Shown: positions 14,701 to 31,996 of the stretch, piece after piece
How the letters are laid out: every line of letters starts with the position of its first letter
Position numbering within the stretch: position 1 is the first letter of the stretch
Assembly: GCF_009914755.1 (NCBI RefSeq)
Contig: NC_060933.1
DNA from: the human T2T-CHM13v2.0 reference genome, Homo sapiens
Direction: 5' to 3' (one strand)
Length of the DNA: 64,000 nucleotides
The notes under the pieces: generated by a model
The model's input: only the letters and a program-made list of their open reading frames with translations
The model's database searches: none
Told to the model about the DNA's origin: nothing
Program-made: the position numbers and the translations under genes

Positions 14701-15023
14701 CAACTCTGAAATGATAAAGAGAAATAATCAAGATCTTTCCTGCCTTTCCTGTACAAACTGTATTTCAAAATAACCAAATAGTTGATGAGGGAATGTTCTT
14801 CTTTATAGAATTCCAGCTAATAAATGCATAAAGGATATTAAAATCAGGAAATTTCTGTGTTGTGGCCACTAATAAAATAATAAATTATCTAGGTAACAGT
14901 AACCAATGGATGTTAAAACCATTAGATTAAACACTGAGAATTTAATAATGGACGGATTAGGCTAAAGTCACCTAAAATCACTGATTAATCTTTATACGAT
15001 TAAAGGTAGGATTAAACCAGAGA

Positions 15024-15611
15024 TGTCATTTACCTGTTGTCTTTTAGCTCCACTTCCATACTTTCTATAATTTATTCTCTGATGCTGAGGTTAGGCCCTG
15101 GAAACAAAATTTCTCCTTTCATAGCTGGGTCACTGTTAGGTTCTATCAACAGAAGCCACTAGTGATTGAAGGATAAAAAGGGGACAGAAAAGGGATTAAT
15201 CCTTCCTGTTTTTCCTGTTCTTGACTGGATTGCTCCAATAGTGGCCCTTCCTCCTGGTGGCAGCAGTTTCTTGCTTCTTGCAGGACTCTTAGAAACAAAA
15301 ACAGCAAAACCCAGTCATATCCCATGTCTGCAGAGGTACCAGCAGTAGCCTGGGGTCAAGCCTTCCTCAATGGTTTTACCCACAGCTCTGGCAAGCCCCT
15401 CCACGGAGTTCAAAAGTGCCACTTCCACTTTGTTCCCTCAGCTTTAGTGGTGGCAACAGGTACTGCAAGTTGTCATCTTTCAGTTACATTTTGTATTAGT
15501 GCTCTTTGATCGTTGAGCTTCTTACACCTGTATAACCAATCCCCTAAATTAAATCTTCTCCGGAAGTACATAATGTGGTTTCTGTTTTTCTGATTGGACC
15601 TTGACTTATAT
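15024..15611 (+). mobile_element. LTR33-like ERVL solo LTR
   Basis: 'tagctccac...atttctcctttcatagctggg...ctgttaggttct'; ends 'gtggtttctgtttttctgattggaccttgact'. Confidence 0.65.
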
Positions 15612-15659
15612 GTCATTTAACGATGCATAGGCAGTACACAGAACCACCTTAAAAGAATT

Positions 15660-17370
<1,711 letters not shown>

Positions 17371-18084
17371 ATCCAAAAAGGGAAGGAGAATTGTTGTAGA
17401 ATAAAAGAGATAGATATAAGACACAAAATATGCACCTCTCCACTCCCCCATTGAAAATATAAATTTGGGAAAATGTCTAGCAAAAATATTCATTGTTTGT
17501 TCATTTATTCATTCATTCTAATAATGTCTCCTTTTGTTATGATCACATGTCTTTTAAAGTTTCTAATTCTGGCTTTAGCGTAAATAGGAAATATCCATAA
17601 CTCAATACGTTAACTTAGATCTTTTTTTCCAGCTTTATTGTGAAGAATAATTATTAAATAAAATTCTAAAAATCATTGAACACTGTAATTTTTAGAAAGT
17701 ACTTTCTAGGCTACAATAAATTGAACATACTTTTAAGCTACCTAAAGTCCACACAATTTGTAAAATTTGTATATAATTAGGAACTTTTTGCAATCTATAC
17801 TCACTGCATCTTGAAAGATTAAATATTAAGCTAGATAAAACTAAAAACAAATTCCTTAATTCTTTTCATTGTGAACTTATTGATTTAGAATAATATCTCA
17901 ACTTCTTCACCCCACCCAGATCTTCTGCAAAAAATAGCTGAGGACAAAGATATTCCTGACATCTGGGACTACAACCTTAAGCAGCTTGTGTTTTAACTTA
18001 AAATAGTTACGTAAATATGATGTTATAATTGCTGATATTTTCAAGTTTTTAAATATAAAACTGCTATCTCTCTAAGCCTTTCAC

Positions 18085-18210
18085 TTCATTGATTTATTCA
18101 GCAAATATTCATTGAGTACCTACCATATGTCAGGCACTGAGCTGGAGCATTGGGGATGCAATGCTGAATAAAACAGAATGTCTATCTTCATAAAGTTTAC
18201 AATCTAGTCC
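18085..18210 (-). mobile_element. L2 3' end fragment
   Basis: 'ttcagcaaatattcattgagtacctaccatatgtcaggcactg'. Confidence 0.75.
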
Positions 18211-18578
18211 AGAACTCCTTAGCTCATGCCAGGAAGAACAGCCATGTTGAGCCTGTGGTTACCTCTTACCTCTAGGTGTATGAGAAACACAGTAGTAAAA
18301 CACCATTATCACCTGTAAGAATTGTGTGGCAATTCGGAATATGCAAAGTTGAATAAAAATGCAAAACTCTACATGAATACTCAATTGGATTATTCTCCAG
18401 CTGGTTGAGAATACTTACGTAGTACTTGCAGGTATTAATTGATTTAATTCTTATAACAAATTTTTTAAAGGGTAGAAACAGGCATTGGAAAAAATTTTAA
18501 ATACAGATTTAATAACTGACTCAGAGGAAAGTTATAAGAGTGATGGAGGATATCTGCCATCCAGACATTTGATGCTCA

Positions 18579-18895
<317 letters not shown>

Positions 18896-19175
18896 GGAAT
18901 GTTTGGCTCCTCCCAAGGCTACAGAATGCCCAGTAGAAGCAATGCTTAGGGGGAGGGATGGTGGAGAATGAGGAAAGAACCAAAGTAGAAATCAGATTGA
19001 CATTTATTAGACATTTTATTAGCTACAAATTTAAGGAAAAAAGACACTCAGAAAAAAAATCTCACACTACAGACATAATAAACTGTATTGTAAAAATAAA
19101 GCACTCAGAAAAATATCTTTATAATATTACTAGTAGGGTTACAAAAGTGAAAATGTATCTGATTGATTAGACCTA

Positions 19176-19857
<682 letters not shown>

Positions 19858-20718
19858 ATTGTTTAGCCATTGAATTAGAAGTCCTGTTAGTATAATACTG
19901 CCATTAGTGTACTGATCTGTTTGCAGCCATTGTATCGTGATATGTCTAATGTATTATTGTATGTATACTTTTCAAGAGCTTGTGAAAATCTGATATATTA
20001 GAACTGTGACAAGTGTAATTGGTTAGAAGTGTAATCGGTTAAACTTGGCCACCATGTTGGCCAAACGAATTACTTTGCAAATAAAGGGTACCCAGCACCA
20101 GGGTTTCTTGATGGAGGACTTTTAGTCCTGGGAGAGTCCTAAGCAAAGGGGGACCCTAACTTTTCCCTTTCATCAACTTTTAAGTGTCAGAAAAATATTT
20201 GTTGTAAAAAGATTTTAACTATAAAGGTTAAACCAAATTCAAGTTAAACATTTTTAACAAGAATACTTTATAAGTGATGCTTTGTAATTCATATGCATTA
20301 CATCATGATGAACATAATATTTGGTTGTCTTTTGATTATTGTTGCTAAGCTTTAAGTGGTGACTGCCTGATCTTTCTATTTTGTTTTTCTCCTTGAGATC
20401 AATAGCTTATTTTAGGGCGTTGATACTTTGACAAACTTCAGATTGTCCTTGTCTGAATCAGTTATTTCATCAGGAGTGGGGACAAAGGTGATTGTTTTTC
20501 TAATTCCGTATTTTTTCCTATATTTATAAGCTGCTGTTATTCTCTAAAGAGGAGCTCTCCCTCATTTTCTAAGGCTAATTGGCCACTGTGAAGGAGTGCT
20601 TAATTCTTACTCTTTAATTACAATTTGCAGAGTAAGGAGTTAGTGTAATAGCCACCTCCAGTGGTGACAAATACGGTTGTTTTGTTATGTTTTGTTTGAT
20701 TTTCTTTTTTGTTGATTC

Positions 20719-21258
20719 ATCAGGAACTGTGAACGGTCAGATTTTACCCTACTTCAAAGTGAACAAGCTGGTCTTCCAGTCATGTTTTTTATCTCTGACG
20801 CAGGAGTCTTGTATCTTTTACCAGCGCTGGTAAAAGATACAAGACTCCTGCATCAGAGATAAAAAAAATAATAATTTATTACTCACAGCAAGAACAGTAG
20901 TCAGAGTACCAGCATTTTTTTCCTCCAGTTCCCAACCCCCAATTCATACAGAATGATGCAAAGAGAATGACAGCTGCACGCACTGTGGGTTGTGTACAGG
21001 AGAGAAATGCAGAGCTCAGAGTACTGGAGTCTTTTATAATGAGAAAGCCTGACTTTTCCAAAAGCTTGACTGCTTTTGCTCCAAAGGAGGACATTGTCTT
21101 TTCATTCTAGACAGTAACCATGCCTACCCTTTGCTCCAGAGGGAGACATTATTTCCATCTTCCAAGGCTGTTCACTATTCAAACATCCTCAAAAAGATAG
21201 TTCAGAATGTCTTCACTCACAAGACATGCGTAAGTGTGAGAGACCATGAGTATCATTA
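20719..21258 (-). mobile_element. MER74/MER73/MER54-group ERVL solo LTR
   Basis: Antisense LTR end 'gaactgtgaacggtcagattttaccctactt', 'tttattactcacagca'; start region 'cacaagacatgcg...tgtgagagacca'. Confidence 0.65.
20785..20866. repeat. 82-bp spacerless palindrome (41-bp arms, 1 mismatch)
   Basis: ttttttatctctgacgcaggagtcttgtatcttttaccagc|gctggtaaaagatacaagactcctgcatcagagataaaaaa. Confidence 0.98.
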
Positions 21259-21677
21259 TGTGCTAGTTGTTCTCCATCCTGGCATAAACCAGTGGCAGTC
21301 AGGCTTCTTTGATGTCTGGCTTCTGGTTGGATTAGCCAGAGAGGCATCAGCAAGGGACTGGAAAGGGGGCTAGGGTATTTATTCCTATCTCTCCACCCCA
21401 TTCTCTCCCACCGTGCTGCAGTGCTGGTTCTGGCTGCAGTCTGTAGTTACCTTTCTTATAAGAGGACCCTCTTTCAGGCTACACGCTCTTTCCAGGCTCA
21501 TTCTCTCCCATAGCTCCTTTAGGTCTATAGGTGGTAAAAGTATATTATTGTTGCCAGATTCTGTCCCTTATTGTGTTCTCATAACCCTGCCTATATCTCT
21601 GTAAATAATCCCTTCAGTACACTTTCTTCAGTAACGCTCTCTAAATATACTTTCTGTTTCTTGCTAGGATCCTGACA
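21259..21677 (+). mobile_element. LTR16-like ERVL LTR
   Basis: 'ctggcttctggttggattagcca...gggtatttattcc...tgtaaataatcccttca...ctgtttcttgctaggatcctgaca'. Confidence 0.6.
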
Positions 21678-22111
21678 GGAACTTACAGATTTAGTTAAGT
21701 TTCAAAAGAGAAAAACTAGAAATTAATAGAGCCAAGGGTTAGAAAGATAGTAGTTTAGCAAAAAATGATTTTAGAATATAGAAATATTATCCCAGTATGC
21801 TAATTTGTGCTAATATATTTTCTAATCAAGGTTTATAATTTATAATCTAAGGTCAGTAAAATATAAAGAAAGGCAATAATGTAATTTATTACATTAGCAG
21901 GAAAAATAGTAAGAATCATGTGAACATAGCAATAGATACCAAAAAGCATTTAATCAAATTAAAAGTCAATGAAAATGAAATATAAAGGGTGTTTTATAAA
22001 TGAAGAGTCTTAGAATGAATTGTAAAATTCATTTAAAATAATTTCTTTAAAAATGAATTTTTAAAAGTCCTGTATTTAAAAACAAACCATCATAAATAAT
22101 AGAAAAACACT

Positions 22112-22280
22112 GCAGCACTGCTGTTCGAAGTCTGATCCCCTGACCACCTGAAACAGGATCACCTAGAACATTTGTTGAAAATGCAAATCTCTAGCTTCCA
22201 CCCTGAGCTACTGAAAAAATTTTTGAATCTGAATTTTTAACTAGCATCTCAGGTTCTCAGTTGATTCTTAGAACCACTGT
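22112..22280. mobile_element. MER5A-like hAT MITE
   Basis: 'gatcacctagaacatttgttgaaaatgcaaat...agaaccactg'. Confidence 0.6.
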
Positions 22281-22293
22281 AGTATAGTCATTC

Positions 22294-22447
<154 letters not shown>

Positions 22448-22767
22448 TTAAAGTAACAGTGAGCATGTTAAAAATCAAATAGTACAGCACAGAATGTAAT
22501 GAAAAGCAGAGGTTCCTGGTTCCATATCTTCCAACCCTGAGTCCTCTCCTCAAAATCAGCTGCTTTTAAACTTTTCTGTTTTTACATTTTCTGGTGGTTA
22601 TTTCCATAACTCTGATTAATAGTCATTGTCTTTTAAAACAGTAACAAAATGAGACACACTCCTGTTACCATTCGAGGAAAGACTGTGCTAGAAGTGCTGT
22701 CAAAAGTTCTTTAGATAGAACAGAGAAGGAGACAGTCTAATCATAGGAAAATAAAAATCACTGTCAC

Positions 22768-23039
22768 TTTTTTTTAAATTTTTTTTTGTTTTTTGAGATG
22801 GAGTTTTACTTTTGTTGCCCAGGCTGAAGTGCAATGGCATGATCTTGGCTCACTGCAGCCTCCGCCTCCCAGGTTCAAGGATTCTCCTGCCTCAGCCTCC
22901 CGAGTAGCTGGGATTACAGGTGCCCGAGACAGAGTTGCACCATGTTGGCCAGGCTGGTATCTAACTCCTGACCTCGTGATCTGCCCATCTCGGCCTCCCA
23001 AAGTGCTGGGATTACAGGCGTGAGCCACCACACCTGGCC
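22768..23039 (-). mobile_element. AluS with central linker deleted
   Basis: 'acaggtgcccgagacagagtt' joins the arms without the A-rich linker; TSD tgtcacttttt. Confidence 0.9.
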
Positions 23040-23120
23040 TTGTTGTCACTTTTTAATGTGACATGTATGTTTAGCTAAAAGCACTAGAGATAACAGTTAG
23101 ATAAAAATATAGAGGATAAG

Positions 23121-23775
<655 letters not shown>

Positions 23776-24087
23776 AAAATAATTTTATGAAGTACAATGA
23801 AACAAATACTTGGATAACTGAATTTGGGGGAAAGAAAAGGTTATTTTGAAATTTTAGGAAGAAAATAAATGAGTAAAAGAGTCATAATTTGCTTCTAATG
23901 TTAAAGGCTAAATGCAATAGAAATAACACTTTTCATATTAATGTACCAGTTAAAGCACTATTCTTTAATAAAAAGAGCCTTTTATTAAAGGCTCTTTAGG
24001 ATTTTATAGAAGTTGATGACACACTGATAAAGAAATTACTTTGAAAAATAAAAGGTCAGACACCAAAAATATTAATGTGTTTATTTT

Positions 24088-24250
24088 ACTTATTTATTTT
24101 TAAAGACAGTCTTACTCTATTGCCCAGGCTGGAGTGCAATGGCACAATCAGAGCTCACTGTAGCTTCCAACTCTGGGCTCAAATGATCCTCCCACTTCAG
24201 CCTCCTGAGTAGCTGAGACTGTAGGCATGCACCACCACACTTGGCTAAAT
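24088..24250 (-). mobile_element. AluJ right arm/FRAM
   Basis: Single right monomer. Confidence 0.8.
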
Positions 24251-24792
24251 TATGTTTAATTTTTATGCTAGAGTACCAATATCAGACACTGTTTTACAAA
24301 ATGGAAACAATCCAAATCAGTAGTTATTAAATCAAATCCATGGAGAATGTAATAAAATAGATTTCAAAAGTAAATCCCAACTATCATAAGAATTTAGTAT
24401 GTGACAAGTCAAAAACAAAACAATTGCTAGTCCTGGCATGAAGGATTTGGATGAGGTGGAAGTCTGAGATATCTCTCTTGCTGTCAGCTGGATTCCATCA
24501 GGTGACAGGTTTCCTATGTAATCTGGGAGATGTGTCACAAGTGGCAATTAGAGATATATATTTTGGCAATTGGAGATATCTAGTGTTTTGTGGTTACTAG
24601 TAAAAAATAATTAAAGTAGTAATATTAAAATATTTTTAAAACGTGAAGTTCACTGATAAATGCCAAGTCAAACATTGGGGAGAACAAAAGTAAATCAGAG
24701 ACAAAGTAGCAAGTGAGACACAGGAGGACTCAGACTATCCAGTCAGTTTTTACCAATCTTCCTTGCAAGTTACTTTGGATACATTTTATTCA

Positions 24793-25201
<409 letters not shown>

Positions 25202-25281
25202 TTAAGAAATATTTATGGGTCAATTCGTTTAATAATATGAAGGGATGGTACATCTCACACCATGTACATAAAAATAAGCTC

Positions 25282-28015
25282 TAGGATTCCTGCAGCAAGA
25301 TAGCTGACTAGACACAGCCAGGAAGAACATCTCCCACCAAGGAAGCAGATCTTCAGAGGGAAGGCATTGAGAGGGGTTGGAGGGAAGACACAGAGGCTGG
25401 GCTGAATGGAGAAGAAGTTGGGAACCCTGTGTGAGGCTACCACTACTTCTTGCCTGTGAGTTCAACAGGCAAGAAGCAACTCTCTCATGCTATGGACCTC
25501 TGGAATCCCAGCAAGAGGAGACCCCTCTACCATTAGGGATACTGGAATTGGCAGGGAAAGCTGCTTAAGGAAGTGGTAGGGCCAGAACTCCAGCTGGAGA
25601 GCTGCTCAGAGGATTTGGTGAGGGAGTGTCTGGAGACGCCAGGGACACCCATCCCCCTAAGCTCAACTTACTCCCATAGGACACTTTAGCCCTAGGTGAA
25701 CTGTTAGACCTGAACTCTGAATGGTGGTCTTACCCATGAGATGAGGTCAGTTGGACCTGGGCAGCTCTTGCTCTGCTGGCCTCTCCTGGGGCTCCAGCCT
25801 GGCTGTGCCTGCTTGCAGGGCAGACCCCAGGTACCTCTTGAGGTCTGGATTGTAGCTTCTGCACTGGCAGACCAGTCCTGACTAGCAGAGTGCTCCAGCA
25901 AAGCTGCCCATAAACACACAGCAGCCCACTTGGGCCCTCCCCTCACTGCAGCCTCCGCCATCTGCCTTGCCCGCAGGTACTTGCCCACAACCATTCCCTC
26001 TCCCCCCATCACTTTGCCAGTGTATGTGTGTACTAGAGGTCCTAGCCTTCCCTTCTCCACCAGCACACACATGCACATGCCTCCTACCATGCCAGTGCTG
26101 CCAGAGTGAGTGCACCCCGCTTCCCCCTCTCCCCACTGCACAGCCATTGTCATGAGAGTATTGGCAGCACAGGGCCCACTAGCGTTAACATGCACAGAGC
26201 ATGCACACAGTCCTGTACCCGCCAGTGCCCTGCCCCTGTGCTAACACCACCACCAATGAGAACACATGCACAGTCACTGGCAGGAGCCCCACCCCCCTTA
26301 GTCATACTGCCACCACTGCTGCTGTAAACACTCACATGAAGGCCAGTACCCCAGCACCCACTAGCATCCTGCTGCAGCTGACCAGGATGTACTCTGTTGT
26401 GCTGCTGCTGACACTGCTGCCGACACGTGCAAAGAGGACTGATCTGACTGCCACTGCTCTACAAAGTGCTTTGGCTGGCACCATCCATCACAGTGTTGTG
26501 ACCAGCAGTCTGGGAGCATTTTGGTCCCTCCAGTGCAACAGGTTCCCAACCTTGAGGAGCCAGAGAACAAAGCTAGGGTCTGATACCAGTCCCCTAGAGT
26601 TAGAGCATGCAGTCAGGAGTCCTGAGCTGAGCTTTGGCCCCCTAAAGCCTTCCAGTAATGAAAACAGTCCACTGAACCCTCCTTATACCACAATCAAACC
26701 CCCAAATAAGCCCAGAAATAAGGTTGCACACCTAAAACCATCTGATCTTCGACAATGCTGACAAAAACAGGCAATTAGGAAAGGACTCCGTATTCAATAA
26801 ATTGTGCTGAGATAACTGGCTAGCCATATGCACAAGATTGAAACTGGACCCCTTCCTTATACCATATACAAAAATCAACTCAAGATGAATCAAAGACTTA
26901 AATATAAAACCCCAAACTATAAAAACCCTGGGAGACAACCTAGGCAATACCACTGTGGACACAGGAACGGGCAAAGATTTCATGATGAAGATGCCAAAAG
27001 CAATCACAACAAAAGCAAAAATTGACAAATGGGACCTAATTAAACTAAAGAGCTTTTGCACAACAAAAGAAACTACCAACGGAGTAGACAACCTGCAGAA
27101 TGGGAGAAAATACTTGCAAACTATGCATCTGACAAAGTTCTAATATCCAGAATCTGTAAAGAAAAACAAACTTACAAGAAAAACAACCCCATTAAAAAGT
27201 GGGCAAAGGATATGAACAGACAGTTTTCAAAAGAAGACATACATGCAGCCAATACATGTATGAAAAAAAGCTCAATTTTACTGATCATTAGGGAAATGCA
27301 AATCAAACCACAATGAGATACCATCTTACATCAGTCAGAATGGCTATTTAAAAGTCAAAAAATAACAGATGCTGGCAAGGTTGCAGAGAAAAGGGAATGC
27401 TAACACACTGTTGGTGGGAGTGTAAATTAGTTTAATCATTGTTGAAGGTAGTGTGTTGATTCCTCAAAGAACTAAAAATAGAATTACCATTTGACTCAGC
27501 AATCCCATTACTGCGTATATATCCAAAGGAATATAAAATCATTCTATCATAAAGACACATGCACACATATGTTCATTGCAGCACTATTCACAATGGCAGA
27601 GACATAGAATCAATCTAAATGCCCATCAATGGGAGAATGGGTAAAGAAAATGTGTTACATATACACTGTGAAAAGGAATGAGATCATCTCCTTTGCAGGA
27701 ACATGGATAGAGCTAGAGGCCATGACCCTTAGCAAACTAATGCAGGAACAGAAAACCAAATACCACAGGTTCTCACTTATAAGTTGGAACGAAATGATGA
27801 GAACGCATGGACAAAAGGAGGGGAATGACACACATGAGGGCCTACCAGAAGGGTAGAGGTTGGGAGGAGGAAGAAGAGCAGAAAAATAACTCTAGTACCT
27901 GCGTGATGAAATAATCTGTTCATCAAACCCCTGTGACACAAGATTACATATATAACAAACCTGCACATGTACCCCTGAACCTAAAATAAAAGTTAAAAAA
28001 CAAAATAAAAAACCT
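25282..28015 (+). mobile_element. Old primate L1 (about L1PA13-16) with 5'UTR joined directly to the distal ORF2/3'UTR
   Basis: 5' end 'caagatagctgactagacacagccagg'; GC-rich UTR to ~26705; ORF2 C-terminal fragments ([15 protein letters not shown]); 3'UTR ending aataaaagttaaaaaa. Confidence 0.85.
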
Positions 28016-28988
28016 AAATAGATGAAGACAAAATATTTTCAAAAGTCCATAAAGCAAATAAATTGTGTATCTATTCAACTTTGTTGGGGAAAAATAAGTT
28101 CTTCATCTTCAATGACATGTTGAATATTGGAAATCTTATAAGTATGCTTAAATAAATATAAGAAACTCAATTAGGTATAGCAAAATACATATCAGTTAGA
28201 AAGCAACAAAATATAAAACCATATGGCAAATCTTATAAGAATGTACCCTTTAAAGAAATGATACAAATATGCAAGACCAATAAATACCAATAAAACTCTT
28301 TTAGGATAATTTATAGAATGTGACTACACAGTAACCATGAAATTACTTAAAAAGTCAAAGGGTCAAAGGTAAAAAAAATTTACATCCTATAGGCTAAATG
28401 ACCAGAGAAGATAATTTATTGACAAAGAAATATATAATCTAAGTCACAACATGAAAAATTTCCAATTTGGTAGCGATTAAAGCAAAGCAAAATAAAGATA
28501 CAACCACATTTCTACATAATTATCCAAGATAAATCAAACCAACAACACAGCATTGGTGAATCGTTGGAAAATAAATATATTGCTGGTAGTCTTTGAGGAC
28601 TTTGCTGAGAATCTACAGCAGCGGTTACAAAAGTGTTTGATGTAGCAATTTTGTTTTGAGCAATAGATCCTAAGTGGATGATATAAATGAAAACAAAAAT
28701 CAGACGTATGTTTCTCTACAGTAGATATATGTTAGAGTACTGAAAATTGAAAATAACTCAACGATGGGTGGAATAATTGTTGAATAAACCATGATACTTT
28801 TTTCAAAATATATGTATTTTTTATTTCAATAACTCTTCCAGTACAAGTGGTTTTTGGTTACATGGATGAATTGTACAGTGGTGAAGTCCAAGATTTTAGT
28901 GCACCTGTCACCCCAATAGTTTACATTGTACCAAATATGTAGTTTTTTTATTCCCCACCTCCTACATTCTTCTGAGTCTCCAATGTTT

Positions 28989-29237
28989 CTTTGTTTTTTT
29001 TTTACTCAAATGGTTTTTATTTTCCTATCTGACATTTCTAACAAAACGCCAGGTAGACGGAGTTAAAAAGAATCCACCGCACGAAAGGTAAACAAAACAG
29101 ACCCTCAGAAACTCCCTGGCAAGGATGTTCCCCTCCCCAGATTGGCCCAGTTTCACCAGCAACTGGTCTCAGCTCAGCCTTATGCCTTTCCACTGACAAC
29201 CCCCACCCCTCCACATTCTCGTGATTCAGACCAGCTA
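28989..29237 (-). pseudogene. 5'-truncated processed retrocopy of an unidentified mRNA 3' end
   Basis: TSD agtctccaatgttt at 28975-28988 and 29238-29251; poly-T to 29003; AATAAA (plus tttatt 29016-29021) 12 nt from the tail; non-L1 sequence. Confidence 0.85.
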
Positions 29238-30632
29238 AGTCTCCAATGTTTGTTATACCACTCTGTATGCCTTTATGTACTCATAACTTAGCTTCCACTT
29301 ACAAGTGAGAATACGGTATTTGGTTTTTCATTCCTGAGTTACTTCACTTAGAATAATGGCCTCCAGCTCCAACCAAGCTGCTTCATAAGACATTATTTTG
29401 TTTTTTTAACGGCTGAGTAGTATTCCACAAGTGTATATATACAACATTTTCTTTACTCACTCATCAGTTTATGGGCACGTAGGTTGGTCCCATATCTTTG
29501 CAATTGTGAATTGAACTGTGATAAACACATGCATACAAATGTCTTTTGATATAATGACTGACTTATTTTCCTTTGGGTAGATACCCAGTAGTGGCATTGC
29601 TGGGTTAAATGGTAGATCTACTTTTAGTTCTTTGAGAAATCTCCATTCTGTTTTCAATAGAGGTTGTAATAATTTACATTTTCACCAGCCACTGCTGATG
29701 AGTGTTTACTTTTCACCACATCCACGCCAACATCTATTTTTTTTTTTTGACTTTTCAATAATGGCCATTCTGGCTCTGGCAAGGTGGTATCTCATTATGG
29801 TTTTTATTTGCATTTCCCTGATGATTAGTGATGTTGAGCATTTTTTCATATCTTTGTTGGCCATCTGTATATCTTCTTTTGAGAAGTATCTATTCATGGC
29901 ATTTGCCAACTTTTTTGATGGGATTATTTGTTTTTTTCTTGCTGATTTGTTTGAGTTCCTTGTAGATTCTGGATATTAGTCCTCTGTCAGATGCATAGTT
30001 TGCAAATATTTTATCCCATTCTGGGTTGTCTGCTTACACTGATAATTATTTCCTTTGCTGTGCAGAAGCTTTTTAAGTTTAATTTGGTTCTATTTACGTG
30101 TTTTTGTCTTTGTTGCATTCACATTGGGGGTCTTGGTCATAAATTCTTTTCTTAGGCCAATGTCCAGAAGAATTTTTCCTAGATTTTCTTTTAGAATTTC
30201 TTTGGTTTCAGGTCTTAAAGTCTTTAATTCATCTTTAGTTGATTTTTGTGTATGGTAAGAAACAGGGGTCCAGTGTCATTCTTCTACATGTGGCTTGCCA
30301 GTTATCCCAGCACCATTTATTGAATAGGGTGTGCTTTCCTCAATTCTTATTTTTGTACATTTTGTCAAAGATCAGTTGGTTGTAAGTATTTGGCTTTATT
30401 TCTGGGTTCTCTATTCTGTTCAATTGGTCCATGTATCCACTTTTATACCAGTACCATGCTGTTTTGGTTACCATAGCCTCGTAGTATAATTATAATTTGA
30501 AATTAGGTAATGTGATGCCTCCAGATTTGTTCTTTTTGCTTAGGGTTGCTTTGGTTACTCAAGCTTTTTTTTTTTTATTCCATATGAATTTTAGGATTTT
30601 TTTCTAATTTTATGAAAAATGATGTGAGTATT

Positions 30633-30950
<318 letters not shown>

Positions 30951-31996
30951 TGATGTGGGTATTTTCATAGGAATTGTATTGAATCTGTAGATTCCTTTGG
31001 GCGGTATGGTCATTTTCACAGTATTCATTCTTCCAATCCAGAGCATGGGATGTATTTCAATTTGTTTGTGTCATCTATGATTTCCTTCAGTAGTGTTTTG
31101 TCATTCTCCTTGTAGAGCTCTTTCACCTTCTAGGTTAAGTACACTCCTAAGTATTTTATTTTATTATTTTCAGCTAATTGTAAAAGGGATTGAGTTCTTG
31201 ATTTAATCCTCAACTTGGTCATTGTTGCTGTATAACAGTGCTACTGATTTGTGTACACTGATTTTTGTAACCTGAGATTTCACTGAATTAATTTATCAAA
31301 TCTAGGAGTCTTCTGGAGGAGTCTTTAGGGTTCTCTAGGTATACAATCATGTAATCGGCAAACAGATAGTTTGACTTCCTCTTTTCCAGCTGGTGTGCCC
31401 TTTGTTTCTTTCTCTTGCCTGATTAGTCTGACTACCACTTTCAGTACCATGTTGAATAGAAGTGGTGAAAGTGGGTATTCTTGTCCTGTTCTAATTCTTA
31501 GCGGGAATGTTTTCAACTTGTCCCCATTCATATGTTGTTGGCTGTGGGTTTGTCATAATGGCTTTTACTGTTTTGAGATATGTTCCTTCTATGCCTAGTT
31601 TGTTGCGGGTTTTTAATCATAAAGGATGCTGGGTTTTATCAAATGCTTTCTCTGCATTTATTGAGAGAATAATATCATTCTTGTTTTAAATTCTGTTTAT
31701 GTGGTGAATCACATTTATTGACTTGCATATGTTGAATCATCCCTGCATCCTTGGTATGAAACCCACTAGAACATGGTGAATTTTCTTTTTGATGTGCTGT
31801 TGTATTTGGTTTGCTAGTATTTTATTGTGTTGACAATGTTTGCATCTGTTTATCAGGCATATTGGTCTTTAGTTTTCTTTTTTCATTATGTCCTTACCTG
31901 GCTTTGGTATCAGGTGATATTGGCATCATAGAATGAATTAGGGAGGATTCCTTCTTCCATAATCATTTGGAATAGTTTCAGTAGGGTTGGTACCAA

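Noticed and set aside
15240-15265. CTCF-like motifs here and at ~20651-20668
   Set aside because: Several mismatches in the core; too weak without ChIP data.
25704-26761. 163-aa and 186-aa ORFs
   Set aside because: Lie in the GC-rich, stop-poor 5'UTR of an old L1.
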